Below are positions 13,750 to 28,120 of a DNA stretch of 64,000 bases, piece after piece; positions within the stretch are counted from its first letter, which is position 1; each line of letters opens with the position of its first letter. The translations under genes and the position numbers were made by a program. Source of the DNA: Octopus sinensis (Eukaryota); NCBI RefSeq assembly GCF_006345805.1, contig NC_043004.1:99510001-99574000 (forward strand), read 5' to 3'. The notes beneath the pieces are model-generated. The model was given only the letters and a program-made list of their open reading frames with translations. It was not told where the DNA came from and ran no database searches.

Positions 13750-13905
13750 AAAAGTAGCTTGCTTACCAACCACATGGTTCCAGGTTCTGTCCCACTGTGT
13801 GGCACTTTGGGCAAGTGTCTTCTACGATAGCCTCGGGCCGATCAAAGCCTTATGAGTGGATTTGGTAGACAGAAACTGAAAGGAGCCCGTCTTATATATG
13901 TATAT
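13750..13905 (+). mobile_element. 5' half of family B tRNA/CORE SINE
   Basis: Matches 19240-19395 and the reverse complement of 31090-31250. Confidence 0.8.
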
Positions 13906-13966
13906 AATCTTTGGAATGTGGAGATAGAGAGAGAGAGAGGTGAGCCCGTCTTATATATGTATATAA

Positions 13967-15923
13967 TTTTTGGAATGTGGAGATAGAGGAGAGAGAGAGG
14001 TGAAAATTGGGAAAGCTGTTGAGATAAGACTAAGAAGAAATTAATTGAGAGAAGGCGGGGAGCTGGCAGAAACGTTAGCGCGCCGGGCGGAATGCTTTGC
14101 GGTATTTCGTCTGCCGCTACGTTCTGAGTTCAAATTCTGCTGAGGTCGACTTTGCCTTTCATCCTTTCAGATTCGATTAATAGTACTAGTTACGCACTGG
14201 GGCGATGTAATCAACTTAATACCTATGTCTGTCCTTGCTTGTCCCCTCTGTGTTTAGCCCCTTGTGGGTAATAAAGAAATAGGTATTTCGTCTGCCGTTA
14301 CGTTCTGAGCTCAAATTCCGACGGGATCGACTTTGCCTCTCATCATTTCGTGGTCGATAGATTAAGTACCAGTTACGCACTGGGATCAATGTAATCGACT
14401 TAATCCGTGTGTCTGTCCTGGTTTAGCCCGTCTATATTTAGCTCTTTGTGGGCAATAAACATATAAAATATTCATTGAGAGTATTTGAAATGTAGAGAGG
14501 GGAGAGAAAGCAAATGAGAGAAGAAAAGGACAATAGCAGTGTATTTGTGAGCAAAAGTATTGGAACGGAGAGAAGGAGATTAAGAGAGAGAGAGAGAAAA
14601 AAACATTTAAGGAGAATTATGTCAGAGAGAACGAGTGTTGGGAAATTGTCAATGGGGGACTTTAAAATTAACGGGCAGTCCAATATATATATGTGTGTGT
14701 GGTGTGTGTGTGTGTGTGTGTGTGTTTGTGTGTGTGTGTGAGCGTGTGTGTGTGTGCATGTGTGAATGTATTCTTTTTCTTTTATTCTTTTACTTGTTGT
14801 AGTTATTTGACTGAGGCCATGCTGGGACAACGCCTTTACTGGAACAAATCGAACCCATGACTTATTCTTTGCAAGCCTAGTATTTATTTTATCAATCTCT
14901 TTTGCCGAACCGCTAGATTACGGGGACCTAAACACACCAGCATCGGTTGTCAAGCGATGTTGGGGGGCTCAAACACAGACACACAAATATATACACACAC
15001 ATACATATATATACATATACATATATATATATCGATATGTGTATATGTATGGGTTCGATTTGTTCCACAAAAGGCGTTGTCCCAGCATGGCCTCAGTCAA
15101 ATAACTACAACAAGTAAAAGAATAAAAGAAAAAGAATACATTCACACATGCACACACACACACGCTCACACACACACACAAACACACACACACACACATA
15201 TATATTGGACTGCCCGTTAATTTTAAAGTCCCTCATTGACAATTTCCCAACACTCGTTCTCTCTGACATAATTCTCCTTAAATGTTTTTCTCTCTCTCTC
15301 TCTCTTAATCTCCTTCTCTCCGTTCCAATACTTTTGCTCACAAATACACTGCTATTGTCCTTTTCTTCTCTCATTTGCTTTCTCTCCCCTCTCTACATTT
15401 CAAATACTCTCAATGAATTTTTTATATGTTTATTGCCCACAAAGAGCTAAATATAGACGGGCTAAACCAGGACAGACACACGGATTAAGTTGATTACATT
15501 GATCCCAGTGCGTAACTGGTACTTAATCTATCGACCACGAAATGATGAGAGGCAAAGTCGATCCCGTCGGAATTTGAGCTCAGAACGTAACGGCAGACGA
15601 AATACCTATTTCTTTATTACCCACAAGGGGCTAAACACAAAGGGGACAAGCAAGGACAGACATAGGTATTAAGTTGATTACATCGACCCCAGTGCGTAAC
15701 TAGTACTTATTTAATCGAATCTGAAAGGATGAAAGGCAAAGTCGACCTCAGCAGAATTTGAACTCAGAACGTAGCGGCAGACGAAATACCGCAAAGCATT
15801 CCGCCCGGCGCGCTAACGTTTCTGCCAGCTCCCCGCCTTCTCTCAATTAATTTCTTCTTAGTCTTATCTCAACAGCTTTCCCAATTTTCACCTCTCTCTC
15901 TCTCTATCTCCACATTCCAAAAA
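13967..15923. repeat. ~890 bp near-identical inverted duplication (arms ~13967-14858 and ~15049-15923)
   Basis: Arms are reverse complements with few differences, and include family A SINEs; mirrored ORFs 14438-14830(-) and 15148-15450(+). Confidence 0.9.
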
Positions 15924-16689
15924 TTTGAAGTTCTCTCCCACTCTCTGCATCATATTCGCCTCCCTCACTCTATACCGCTTCACATACTGTCAACCTCCCT
16001 TCATCCTCTCACAATCCCCTTTCTCTATCTCTTTTTCTCTCTCTGAGCCTCCGTGTGTACAAAAGTCTATCTGTCTTCTCTGACTTACGTACTCTTACAA
16101 GTCGTTTCTCTTGCTAACTCACAAAATGTTCTCCTCGCATATTTCCCTTTTTACCACAATTACGCACAGATCGAACACTTTGTATTTTTCTTTGTCTTTC
16201 TATCTCTCTTCCTCTCTATCCATTTCCCTCTCTCCCTCTCTTCGTCCCCTTCTCTCCTTCATTTTTCTCTCTCTTTGCTAATTCATTCTCCCACTTTCTA
16301 CTTCAATCTCGAAATTTCATTACACTCTTTCTTATAGCAATTTAATAAATAAATAAACAAAAAAAACTCAAATAAATAAATAAATAATAAATAAATAAAT
16401 ACATATAAGACACCATGAACATTATTTATTTAACTTCTCAGCCTTCTTCATTCTATTTATGCCTTATGCATAGAGTACTACAACTCCTACACAACAAGGT
16501 GCCGTTACTCAGAGCAGCATGAACATTTTCTGCCCGAAGTGTCAGAAACGTGATAGGATTATGAATGGTTTTGCTCTGAATTATAGACAATCGGCTCTGC
16601 AAATGTTTACCTTTAACTGTAAAAATAGCCATACTTTGCACTGATGCATGTATACTGTACATGTATGCGGAGGTGTATATGTATATGTA

Positions 16690-16734
<45 letters not shown>

Positions 16735-17548
16735 TATATATATATGTATATGTATATGTATATATGTATATAGAAAGATATATATGTATACATGGGGGTC
16801 TGTGTATATGTATATATATTTATATACATAGATATGCGTGTGTGTATATATATATATATACACATATATATATATATCTATGTGTGTGTGTTTCTATCCC
16901 CCCCTCTCTCTCTCTCTCATATAATTAATTATACACTAATATATATATATGTATATATATATACCCTCGCACATGCATATATAAATATATGTGTGTGTAA
17001 TATGTGTATATGTGTATGTGCGTGTGTGTGTGTACCAAAATACTTATTTTCTTCTCAGTCTTTAATTTTACACCGTTTGAAAATGTTAACCTCTGTATGT
17101 ATTCCACCATTAAATGGTTCGACAAACGAAGATCTGTATCAAAAATGCGATACTTCAAACTAGCTTGTGTAGTAAATATGATCCACAAACACTCTCCAAT
17201 GATGAGTTCAAGAATGGCCACACTGTAATAACTGTATAATATTAATATTTACTTGTACAGATATATGCATATGGTTGTCTTTTAAAAACAGTGACACTAT
17301 CTCAAGTTGCATGCACAACTGATGAAATCTCTGGTGCTTTGGCGTTAAAATGTAACCATTTTGCCGTCATAAATATGTTGCATACCACATCTTTCTATCT
17401 GTCTATCTATCATTCTATCTGTTTATCTATCTACTAGTTATACACAATCCTTTAATATGTTTTTATGTCTGATGAAGTCAACATTCACACAGAACTACAC
17501 TGCTACACTGAAATATATATATATATATTATATATATATATATATATA

Positions 17549-17698
17549 TTCTCTCCTTGTTTTTTCTGTGTCCCTTTCTGTAGAAGTGCGTAGGCTCGAA
17601 ACATAAAATACTTTTTCTATTTCTAAACGTTATACTAATACATCTGTTTGTTTTGTAAACCACCTGTCTTCGCCTTTTGTTTTGTTTTCGTAAACTCT

Positions 17699-17702
<4 letters not shown>
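17549..17702 (+). mobile_element. Short TA-inserted element, family C, with variant hammerhead at 17574-17609
   Basis: CTTT-CTGTAGA-A-GTGC-GTAG-GCTC-GAAAC-ATA-AAAT; homologous to 26285-26455 and 62930-63090. Confidence 0.7.
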
Positions 17703-17757
<55 letters not shown>

Positions 17758-18402
17758 GTGTGTGTGTGTGTGTGTGTGTGGTGTGTGTGTGCGTATGCAT
17801 ATATATATATACATAAATATATATATGTATATATATGCATATATATATATATGTGCATATATATATATATACATACATATATATATAAACTTAAAATAAT
17901 AAGGGAGAAAAATTGAATTTTAAATTGATATTAATGAAAAAAAAATTAAATTTTGCACCCTTATTGTTTTAAATTTAAATTTAAATAAGTATGTTCTCTA
18001 ACCGGCAAAATTCCCTGCAGAGAATTATTTTCTGCATAATTATTTCCGGTATTTTTACACGCCAAAGCGAAGACATTTGAAAGATAACCCCAAGTGTAAT
18101 TGGTAGAACTGTATTCATGCTCAATCTCATGCGGACGTCTCGTGTATAATTCTGCAAATTATGTTTGCAATGACAATCATACTGAAGAGCTACGGACAAT
18201 TACGTAAGTAAATTTGCGTTAATAGCGAAAGTAGTTTATGATTAATCTATATTTTGTTTCTTTTCGTTTGCCTTGCTCGCTTACGTTCTGGCGTTTGCAA
18301 AATTTTTTTTTGAAAACTTTCCTTTCTTAGTGGTAAGACCATAGCGTTTCTACTTCCAGCATAATGGACGTCCACGTAGTAGTCATCCCCTTTATATGTA
18401 TA

Positions 18403-18435
<33 letters not shown>

Positions 18436-18494
18436 ATATATATATATTCACAACTATATATATATATATATGTATATATATTCACAACTATATA

Positions 18495-18525
<31 letters not shown>

Positions 18526-18894
18526 GTATATATATGGATGTATATATATGTGTGTATATATGCGGGTGTATATATGCGTGTGTATATATATATAGAGACA
18601 GAGGGGGGTGAAATAGATGCATACATCCAACCATAAATACAGACATTCACACACCGACATCCATTTATACTTAATTACAGACATACATACATATACTTAC
18701 GTGCATAAGAATTAACATATGCACACTCTTACGTATATTAAATGTATTTCATAAACACAATTACCCTCACTGCACAAATATACATTCTGCGGTCTCATCA
18801 CAACATTTCTTTACGTGCACGAGACGGGAAATATCAAATACTTTCGTGTGTGTTTCGTTTTACCAGAGCTCGGATGGGTAGCACCACATTATAG

Positions 18895-19110
18895 CTATCC
18901 AAATTTGAGCACAATACCAGCAATTTCAGGAGTGGTTGATGCATCGATGACATCGACCCGGGTGTGCAACTGGTACTTAATTTATCGTCCCTGAAGGGAT
19001 GAAAGGCAAAATCCACCTCAGCCTCATTTAAAATCAGAACGTGAAGACAGACGAAGTGCAGCTGAGCACTTTGTCTGGTGTGCGAACCCTTCTGCCAGCT
19101 CACCGCCTTA
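18895..19110 (-). mobile_element. Family A SINE
   Basis: Reverse complement starts AAGGCGGTGAGCTGGCAGAAG. Confidence 0.75.
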
Positions 19111-19232
19111 TCTCTACAAATGTTAAGATTATATTCTCATAAAAACATATGCAAGTGTGTGCATGAATGTGCATACATATATACATACATGCACGTGGCT
19201 GTGCAGGTGCAGACGTGACCGGGTTTAGTCCC

Positions 19233-19640
19233 AGGTGTAGCTGTGTGGTAAGAGCTTGCTTCTCAACCACATGGTTTCGGTTTCGGGTTCAGTCCCACTG
19301 TGTGGCTTCTTGTGTGTCTTCTACTATAACCTCGGGCCAACCAAAATCTTGTGACTGGATTTGGTAGACGGAAAATGAAAGACGCCAGTCGTATATGTGT
19401 GTGTATATGTGTGTGTGTATTTGTTTGCGGGTGTGTCACTGTAGCTGTGTTTATTCTTCCATTACAGCTTTACAACTGGTGTCGGTGTGTTTACGTCCCC
19501 GTAACATAGCAGTTCGGTTAGAAGTACTAGGTTTAAGAAATGAGTCCCGGGGTCTTTTTGTTCGACTAAAACTCTTCAATGCGGTGCTCCAGCATGGCCA
19601 CAGTCAAATGACTGAAACAAGTAATAGAATAAAAGAATAA
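19233..19640 (+). mobile_element. Family B SINE
   Basis: tRNA-like head, internal (TG)n, tail GCGGTGCTCCAGCATGGCCACAGTCAAATGACTGAAACAAGT. Confidence 0.8.
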
Positions 19641-19747
19641 TGAGTGTACATATTCTATCTTCTACTTGCTTTAGTGTCTAGAATGTGGCCATGCTGCAGC
19701 ACCAACTCGAACGATTTTATATATATATAGAGATAGATAGATATATT

Positions 19748-19792
<45 letters not shown>

Positions 19793-19793
19793 T

Positions 19794-19848
<55 letters not shown>

Positions 19849-20339
19849 ACAGACAGACAGACAGACAGATCGACAGATAGACAGACACATCACATACTTC
19901 TGAGGGCATATATATAGAGAGAGAAAGCTAATAAGATTGACCCCTTCTGCGGTATAAGCCTTTTGGTATTTTACTTTGACACACTTTACAGACCGAGCTA
20001 GAACCGCAGAATGCCTGAAATAATCTTATAAGCAATTGTTTGACTAATTGCTAAATTAAAATAGCTTTCAGTAATGACTATTCGGTAACGTAGTCCAAAA
20101 TATGTGTTGCCGTCTTTCCCATACACACGTTGTTCCCAAATGGATGAAAGCCTGTGCGGGAAATATATTTTCTGTAGTATCAAAATTTCCATGTCAGATA
20201 CCTTTAAACACCTACACGCAGCCATGCCTTTTGTTAATTAGAAAAAAGCGTTGTTGCTCTTTACATGACTTAAACATTAAATCTTTATTCTCTCCGTTGC
20301 CCAGAGCACCTTATCATTAGATTCTCAGTTCATCCAAGG

Positions 20340-20800
20340 CTGGGGCGACGTGTCATACTCTCTCAGCACGGTTCAGGATCACAACACAAATTCATTGCAA
20401 CACAATTTCTTTTTCTCGACAAACCCTACTCTATTTGACACCACCCAAAACTCAAATCAAAGAAGAAAAGTATCCCCTTAACTTCAAAAGAAACCCGTAC
20501 AAATTTGTCCAAGAGATACCAGATAAGTCACCTGTACCTGGATACATCTCCGTCATTACACAACTCCCTACTTCAATGAGCCGATACCACAAATCTTGAA
20601 TCGCACGATCAATGTAAGTGATAAACTTCACCATCCAGGAAAACGAACAAATTCAACGTTAGTAAGGTCTGCTTCACAAAGACACTCCAACCTTTTCAGA
20701 CGTAGAAAGTACTGTACTTCAGCTCCTAACACCAACCCTCTAAATATGACTTAACGGATCCTATCAAGTGGTGCTAATAACTTTGACATGGTCTGGCCTT
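20340..20800 (+). mobile_element. Old L2/CR1-like LINE fragment
   Basis: CAATGTAAGTGATAAACTTCA...TCTGCTTCACAAAGACACTCC shared with 22409-22510; decayed RT C-terminal sequence. Confidence 0.5.
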
Positions 20801-20864
20801 ATCTTTGGTCGAAACATACTCAAATTATCTAAGTTACTATTAAAAAAGAGCAAAATAGTCTAGA

Positions 20865-21180
20865 TTCTTTTACACCGCTTGTACATGTAACATTATATTG
20901 CGGTGCAAAATACATTCTCGAATATAATCTTTCCCCTCGCTTTCTATTTCATATATGGATATATGGAACCATTGCATTTCTCAGTTTTTTTCACAGTGGG
21001 CGATGGAGGTATTTCTGAGAGTGTTTCCTTTGATCACCAGTCTTTCATCAATTTTTTTTATACAACGGAAAACTCCTGTTCAGTTGCACAGTTTGAGTCT
21101 TGTTTGACTTACGCATTCACTTTAATCTTGTATTTCGCATCATAGGAGTTCCACTTTGTCTCTGTAACATGATGTTGTGT
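20865..21180 (-). mobile_element. pogo-like transposase N-terminal remnant
   Basis: Minus translation SYDAKYKIKV..*VKQDSNCATEQEFSV..KLMKDW resembles the Brinker-type DNA-binding domain of pogo transposases. Confidence 0.45.
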
Positions 21181-22099
21181 TTATATTCACTGATTACATA
21201 CTTGTGAAAAACAACAATATTCTTATTGAATAATGATGAATGCGAACTGAAAGCATAAAGACTAATTACTTTATCTGGTTTTATTGCATCGCAATTGTCA
21301 TACTGATTATTCAATAAATTACCTCCCAAACATTGTAAATGTAACTCTAGTTACGCAGCTATATCGTTAGATATATCGTTACGTCAGTCGATTTATGTGG
21401 AGTTTTTGTCAGCGCAGTAGTGGTGGAAGGTGAAGGCATACTGTTAGCTTTTCCATTGTCTACATTATTCTGTGACATCAAATTCTGACACAATTTTGGC
21501 TCAGCTTATCAGATAATAAAATGATGTTGGATGTTATCTGGGGAAATATGAATATGAAATCGCTTAAACAAATATACATTTTTTTAATGTTTACCAATGT
21601 TCTTGGATAACAGACCACCACATAACTGTTTCTACTCTCAGTCCAAAAACCGAAAGTTTAAATGCAGTGGATAAAAAAAACAACAACAAATATGTTTATT
21701 AACCCAAATATCTGAAAAAGAAAACAAACGAAGAATGAAGGATTTAATAGACATCGGAAAAGATGGAGAGCTAACTGCACAGGAGATAGACTCCTACTAT
21801 GTGGCTAATGCCAGCAAGAGATTACTATTACCAGCCAAATTAAAAGTCTATGAAAATTTATATATTAACTGCAGGAAGAACGAGAAGTGACCTTTAAAAC
21901 CTGCTCTAATATCCAAGATTATTGTACAGCAAGAACCTGCAGTTCTAGGTTTTATGCTGTTTTTTGCCCCACAGTACTTTTAACGGTAGGTTTATAGCTC
22001 TGGATTAAACGATGTACAAGACACGTGTCTCTAATAATGAGAGGTGCTCACAGCTTCTGCTGGATAATGTGGTCGGTGGTCAATTCTTGCATTCTACAG

Positions 22100-23480
22100 A
22101 GGGTTATTTACAGGCAATCAAGATGACAATCCTGAAAATCTCTTACCATTGATAACTCGCCCCGTGCCACATAGTTACATCCCTTCCAATTCATTTACCG
22201 CGATTCATAGTCTCCCACACTCGTCCAAATGCCCCCTGCTAGTGGTCTCTGAACTTTTCCAATCGCCAACAATTCTTCGATCGCATCACTTCGTCAAATA
22301 GGTCATGCTGATCTAATCTCCTTCCATTGTATATATCAAGGATGCAGTACAGCACTAATCCACCCGCCCACCCAAGAAAGAACAGCTCGCAGATAGAAAC
22401 TTCACGTTCAATGTAAGTGATAAACTTCATTATCCTGGCCAATGAACAAATTCAGCGTAGCAAGAACTGCTTCACAGAGACGCTCCATCTTTTTCAGAAG
22501 TAGAAAATACTTCAACACCCAACAGCAACCCTTTACAAATATTAATTGATAAGGCGGCGGGCTGGCAGAAACGTTAGGACGCTGGGCGAAATACTTAGCG
22601 GTATTTCGTCTGTCTTTACTTTCTGAGTTCAAATTCCGCCGAGGTCGACTTTGCCTTCCATACTTTCGGGGTCGATTAAATTAAGTACCAGTTACGCACT
22701 GGGGTCAATATAATCGACTTAATTCGTTTGTCTGTCCTTGTTTGTCTCCTCTGTGTTTAGCCCCTTGTGGGTAGTAAAGAAATAGGTATTTCGTATGTCT
22801 TTACGTTCTGAGTTCAAATTCCGCCGGGGTCGACTTTGCCTTTCATCCTTTCGGGGTCGATTAAATAAGTACCAGTTACGCACTGGGGTCAATATAATCG
22901 ACTTAATTCGTCTGTCTGTCCGTGTTTGTCCCCTCTGTGTTTAGCCCCTTGTGGGTAGTAAAGAAATAGGTCTTTATGTTCTGAGTTCAAATTCCGCCGA
23001 GGTCGACTTTGCTTTCATCCTTTGGGGGGTCGATACATTAAGTACCAGTTGGGTACTGGGGGCGATCTAATCGACTGCCCCCCCCCAAAAAAAAAATTTC
23101 GGGCCTTTTGCCTAAAGTAAAAAAAAAAAAGAAGCTTAATTGATACACATAAACGGATACTGTCCCTATACCGTGGCCGTTGTTGTTGCTGCACAAACAG
23201 ACATACTTCACCTCATCAAAGAAAGTCTCTCGTAATATACTCCCACATGTAGCTCACAGAGAAGCTGATTTAAACTTTTCACAGATGCTCATGAGTTCCA
23301 TAGAAGTAATCTCATACCATCTAAGTTTAAGAACTTGAGACACATTCGTCCTTATATTTTGTCCACATCGATTTCTAGTCCCAGGCCTCTAGTTCAGAAG
23401 AATGGCCACTGGAATCCATGCAAGTAACTGCTTACAACTTACAATTGTTTAAGAGCTCATTAACTACGCAAGAAGGCAGC
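22100..23480 (+). mobile_element. Old L2/CR1-like LINE 3' fragment interrupted by a SINE
   Basis: ARTASQR..FRSRKYFNTQQ-like translation; sequence resumes after the SINE target-site duplication. Confidence 0.5.
22552..23135 (+). mobile_element. Family A SINE with three tandem body units
   Basis: ~185 bp unit repeated three times, A-rich end, 10-bp target-site duplication TTAATTGATA at 22542-22551 and 23136-23145. Confidence 0.9.
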
Positions 23481-24117
23481 AATGATTACGGACTCTCCCT
23501 AAGATCTAGCCAGTACAAAAACAACCAATGTTGATTGGCGTTAATGTTATCGGACCGGTGGTTTAGCGTATTTGATTCGCGTCTGGTTTAAACCATAGCT
23601 TCATGTAGTAATTTTGATAAGATAACGAGTACAGAAGCCTGCCTTACCTAGAAATAGGCTAAGAGGAAGTCAACGTTTTACTGTATATGTGTATAACATA
23701 GCTGTAACCTTTCTGTTTAAAATGTCCTATTATTATGGTTGTTGATGGTAAAGTCATAAAAATATTACTGTTGCTCTGGCTGATATTATTTTTAGTTTGC
23801 AATTTTTGTATTTATGCAAATATTTTTATATCATTCCAGCAGTGTGTTTGCTATCTTTGTTAGTTATTATTGTTATTATTTCTCCACAACCTGATGTTAT
23901 TTATTATCTGTTTTTTAAATGTATTTTCTATAACTTTCGCTCTTACAGATAACATGAACGAACCAAACTTAAATATAGTAAGGAATAAAAGTGCAGAAGG
24001 AGTGACAATAACAAATCAGAAAATCAATCTAGAAAAAAATAAATAGAAATTATCAATATGTGTGTGTGTGTGCACTATACAAACATACATACATACATAT
24101 ATATATATACATATATA

Positions 24118-24149
<32 letters not shown>

Positions 24150-24150
24150 C

Positions 24151-24183
<33 letters not shown>

Positions 24184-24265
24184 GTATGTATAGTACACAC
24201 ACACATATATATTAATAATTTCTATTTATTTTTATATATATATATTATATATATAAATATATATA

Positions 24266-24296
<31 letters not shown>

Positions 24297-24823
24297 CATA
24301 TATATATACATACATATGTAGAGAGAGCAAGAGAGTCAGAGAAACATATATAAATAGTACCCAAGGTATAAGAGAAAGAAAACAATAATGACAAAGGAAG
24401 GAAATATATTAGGTAGAGAATTATATTAAAAGGTTTTAAAAACGAGTTTGCTGAAAGTTTTTTTTTTTTCCTTTTGTTTATCATAAGAAGCGATAGTAAA
24501 CGTGATTTAAACTGTTGCACTTTGAAAGTAAGACAACACATGAGATGAAGATTGTTTCTCTGATGCTGTATATAATACATAGTTAAGAAGCTTCGGAGAT
24601 TATATATAAAATGAGCTATTCAATTCAGGCAAATTCGGTTAGCAATTTTTATTTGTTTTTATTGTTTTTATAATTTGCTTATACGTAAGTATGATTTTAT
24701 GTTTGTGTGTGTGTGTGGATGCGCTTGTATGCGTGCGTTGGTTTATGTACTTATGAATATGTTTATATGAGCAAGAAATATAAACACAACACTCCCAACA
24801 TTCATAGTCACACACACACAAAC

Positions 24824-24854
<31 letters not shown>

Positions 24855-24953
24855 ATATATATATTACATATATATACATATACCAGTGTCTTACACATTT
24901 GTTAACAAAACCTTATGCTAAATATACGTACACACACACATACACACACACAC

Positions 24954-25012
<59 letters not shown>

Positions 25013-25372
25013 GTACATACCTACATATCGTACACATCAAAAGTGCACATGTGCACCAGCACATACATATGCATGTATATATATGTGTGTGTGTGTGAGG
25101 TATTATCTACGTATTTATATATATATATATATATACATATACACACACATTTGTGTGTGTCTGTGTGTATATGTGCGTGCATGTGTGTTTGTGTTTGTGT
25201 ATGTATATGTATATGTATATATGTGCATATGTATCAGCTAATGGCAAAGTTACAGTATTTCGTTTTGCTACACACTACCATGTATATTGCAAGTTTACAA
25301 GTCAGTATTGCCTTAATTCATAAGTACGTACCAGTGTACATATATAAGTACATACACACGTACACACACTCA

Positions 25373-25410
<38 letters not shown>

Positions 25411-26284
25411 TTGTACTGTCTATTAGTCGTAAGACACCAGCTGTTTTTGTCCTGTTTTTACTATTATTGTTTCTTGTATTTTATATTCGTGTGGCATCGT
25501 CCGTTTTTCTGTCCCTGTTTCGTATACATTCGTTCCTTTTACCAAGAAATCTAGTGCTCGTGGCTTAGTTTTTCCTTGGGGTTGGCCGGATCGGAGCGAT
25601 CTCAAGATTAATCAGCCGAAATTGCTAGGATGATCCGGTTATTGACTGAAGATTGAAGGCTTCGAATGTCCCGTCTGTGTTTTTTGTATCGTCTTCTAAA
25701 TGTTTTACGTTCTTGTCCCAGTTTGTATTTTTCTACATATAATATACATATATATATATATATATATAAATAAATATGTAAATTCTGCGAAGTAATGGTA
25801 TGGTTTTCCTAGCGGGTATGCATAGACCCACAACCACCATCACAAAGAAGCTGTGATTATGTCACCGAAAGTCAATCTTCACTACACTTTCGAAAAAGTG
25901 TATAAGAAGCAATTGCACATCAGTGTTGTTGTCAAAAACGTTTCAACCCATTAAAATGAAGCCAATGAGATGCACAACTCTTCTATACCCTATAAGCAAT
26001 GCAGGTTTCAATTAAGAAATTCCTTTCTAGCGTGCGTTTCCATAATTGTTTATCACACTATCTGTACTTTGGAAGGATTTGCTTGCCGTCTGGTAGGCTG
26101 GCAACGTTACCCTCTTTACCAACTAATTGTGTTGGGAACCTCAATCTATCCGCGTAATGCTGAACAATGCATGGTTTGAACAGGATGAAATTATCTCCAG
26201 GAGCAGGACTCTCCTTTTAAGGTAGCTCTCTAATCTGTATCATATCTTAACACACACACACACACACCGGCATTCACCATGATA

Positions 26285-26455
26285 GATCGCTAGCCACTAC
26301 ACATGCTTTTTTCTCTCCTTGTGTTTTTCTGTGTTCCTTTCTGTAGAAGAGCGTAAACTCGAAACGTTAAAGACTTTTTCACTTCCCGAACGTTATACTA
26401 ATACATCTGTTTGCTGTCTACACCACCTGTCTTCGTCTTTTGATTTTTTTAAAAC
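26285..26455 (+). mobile_element. Family C element with variant hammerhead at 26337-26372
   Basis: CTTT-CTGTAGA-A-GAG-CGTAAA-CTC-GAAAC-GTT-AAAG; stem I CTTT/AAAG. Confidence 0.7.
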
Positions 26456-27068
26456 AATAATTTTAGGATTCAAATTATAAATATTTAATACATCGCTACG
26501 CGCGTTTCCACAAATCAACATGACTTTCATAACAGAGTCCGTATCCGTGAGATGAGTAAGGTATAGTCAGGAGTATCCGTGGCACCCAGCTGATCATCAT
26601 CATTGATTCCTTTCATCAGCCGATACTGCATTATTGAATGAATCAGAGACGGATGCTTATCCTTTCTTGCTAGTATGAAGTCCAATCTAGCTATGTAGGT
26701 ATTTATGTGTTTACTTGGTAGGGGGATGTAAGGGTGGGAGTAGAGGAATAACAGTAGTACTATGGGGATGGCGGTGCGTGTGGTGGTGCTGGATTTACTT
26801 GCTATTCATTCTGCAGAATTTAAGGATGGTCATTCATTCAGCAGATTTAAGGACGGCTGTACATTTCTTTGTTCTATTTCATTCAAGACGTGACTCTTCT
26901 CAATAAATTCTGAACCCAACAGGTGGTCAGCTGTTGACCGAATTCATTGATAATACCCTATTACGGTGACTTTTCAGTGTTTCTGTTGTTATAGTGCGTA
27001 ACATCTTAAACATTGGTATTTTCGTTTATTTGTTCCGGTTCCTTTGCTGTTGTCTCTCTCTCTCTCTT

Positions 27069-27130
<62 letters not shown>

Positions 27131-27576
27131 GTGTGTGTGTGTGTATGTGTGTGTCTAGAAAGAAAGAGAGACCACGCATCTATACATACATATATTTATA
27201 TATACGTATATACAAATATATATTTATATACGTATACATATATGCATATATATATGTGTATATACTATATATAAACATATATGTACGTACCTACCTCTAC
27301 ATGTACATATACACGCATCATCATATGTATACGTATATATATATATATATATATAATATATATTATATATATATATATAAGTATGCATATATATATATAT
27401 ATATCCCTAAAATCCTTAAAGATGTTTTAGCCCGAAGGCTGCGGCCATGCTGGGGCACGACCGCTGAATGAGCTACACTAATTTGTGAATCCACCTATGG
27501 TACGTGGCACTGATCAACAAGGATGCATATATATATATATATATATATAATATATATATATATATATTATATATTA

Positions 27577-27622
<46 letters not shown>

Positions 27623-28011
27623 ATGGTCATAAGTCACTTTACCTATTTCTTTTATTATTATTAGAAATGGGTAAAGCGACTTATGGCTATCCCTGTATAA
27701 ACGATTATATGCATACATTTATAAAAATGTACATACACACACACAGACACATGCATACATCTATATATACTTATACGTTGTTGACGTCATATGAATTTTA
27801 TAAACATTCCCGAGAGCATGATTTTTTTTTAGTGGGGAGGTTGGACCCCTGCCTCTTCCTGCGCATTACATAAAGCTATATATAAAACCCTGTAAATATT
27901 GGGTGGAAAAACCCTTTTTGCATAGAAAAGCCGAAGTCTGCTTACGGCCTTGAGCGCACATCTATACATATATATACATGCGTGTATATGTCTATACAAA
28001 TATATATATAT

Positions 28012-28052
<41 letters not shown>

Positions 28053-28077
28053 CACACATATATACATATATATATAT

Positions 28078-28120
<43 letters not shown>

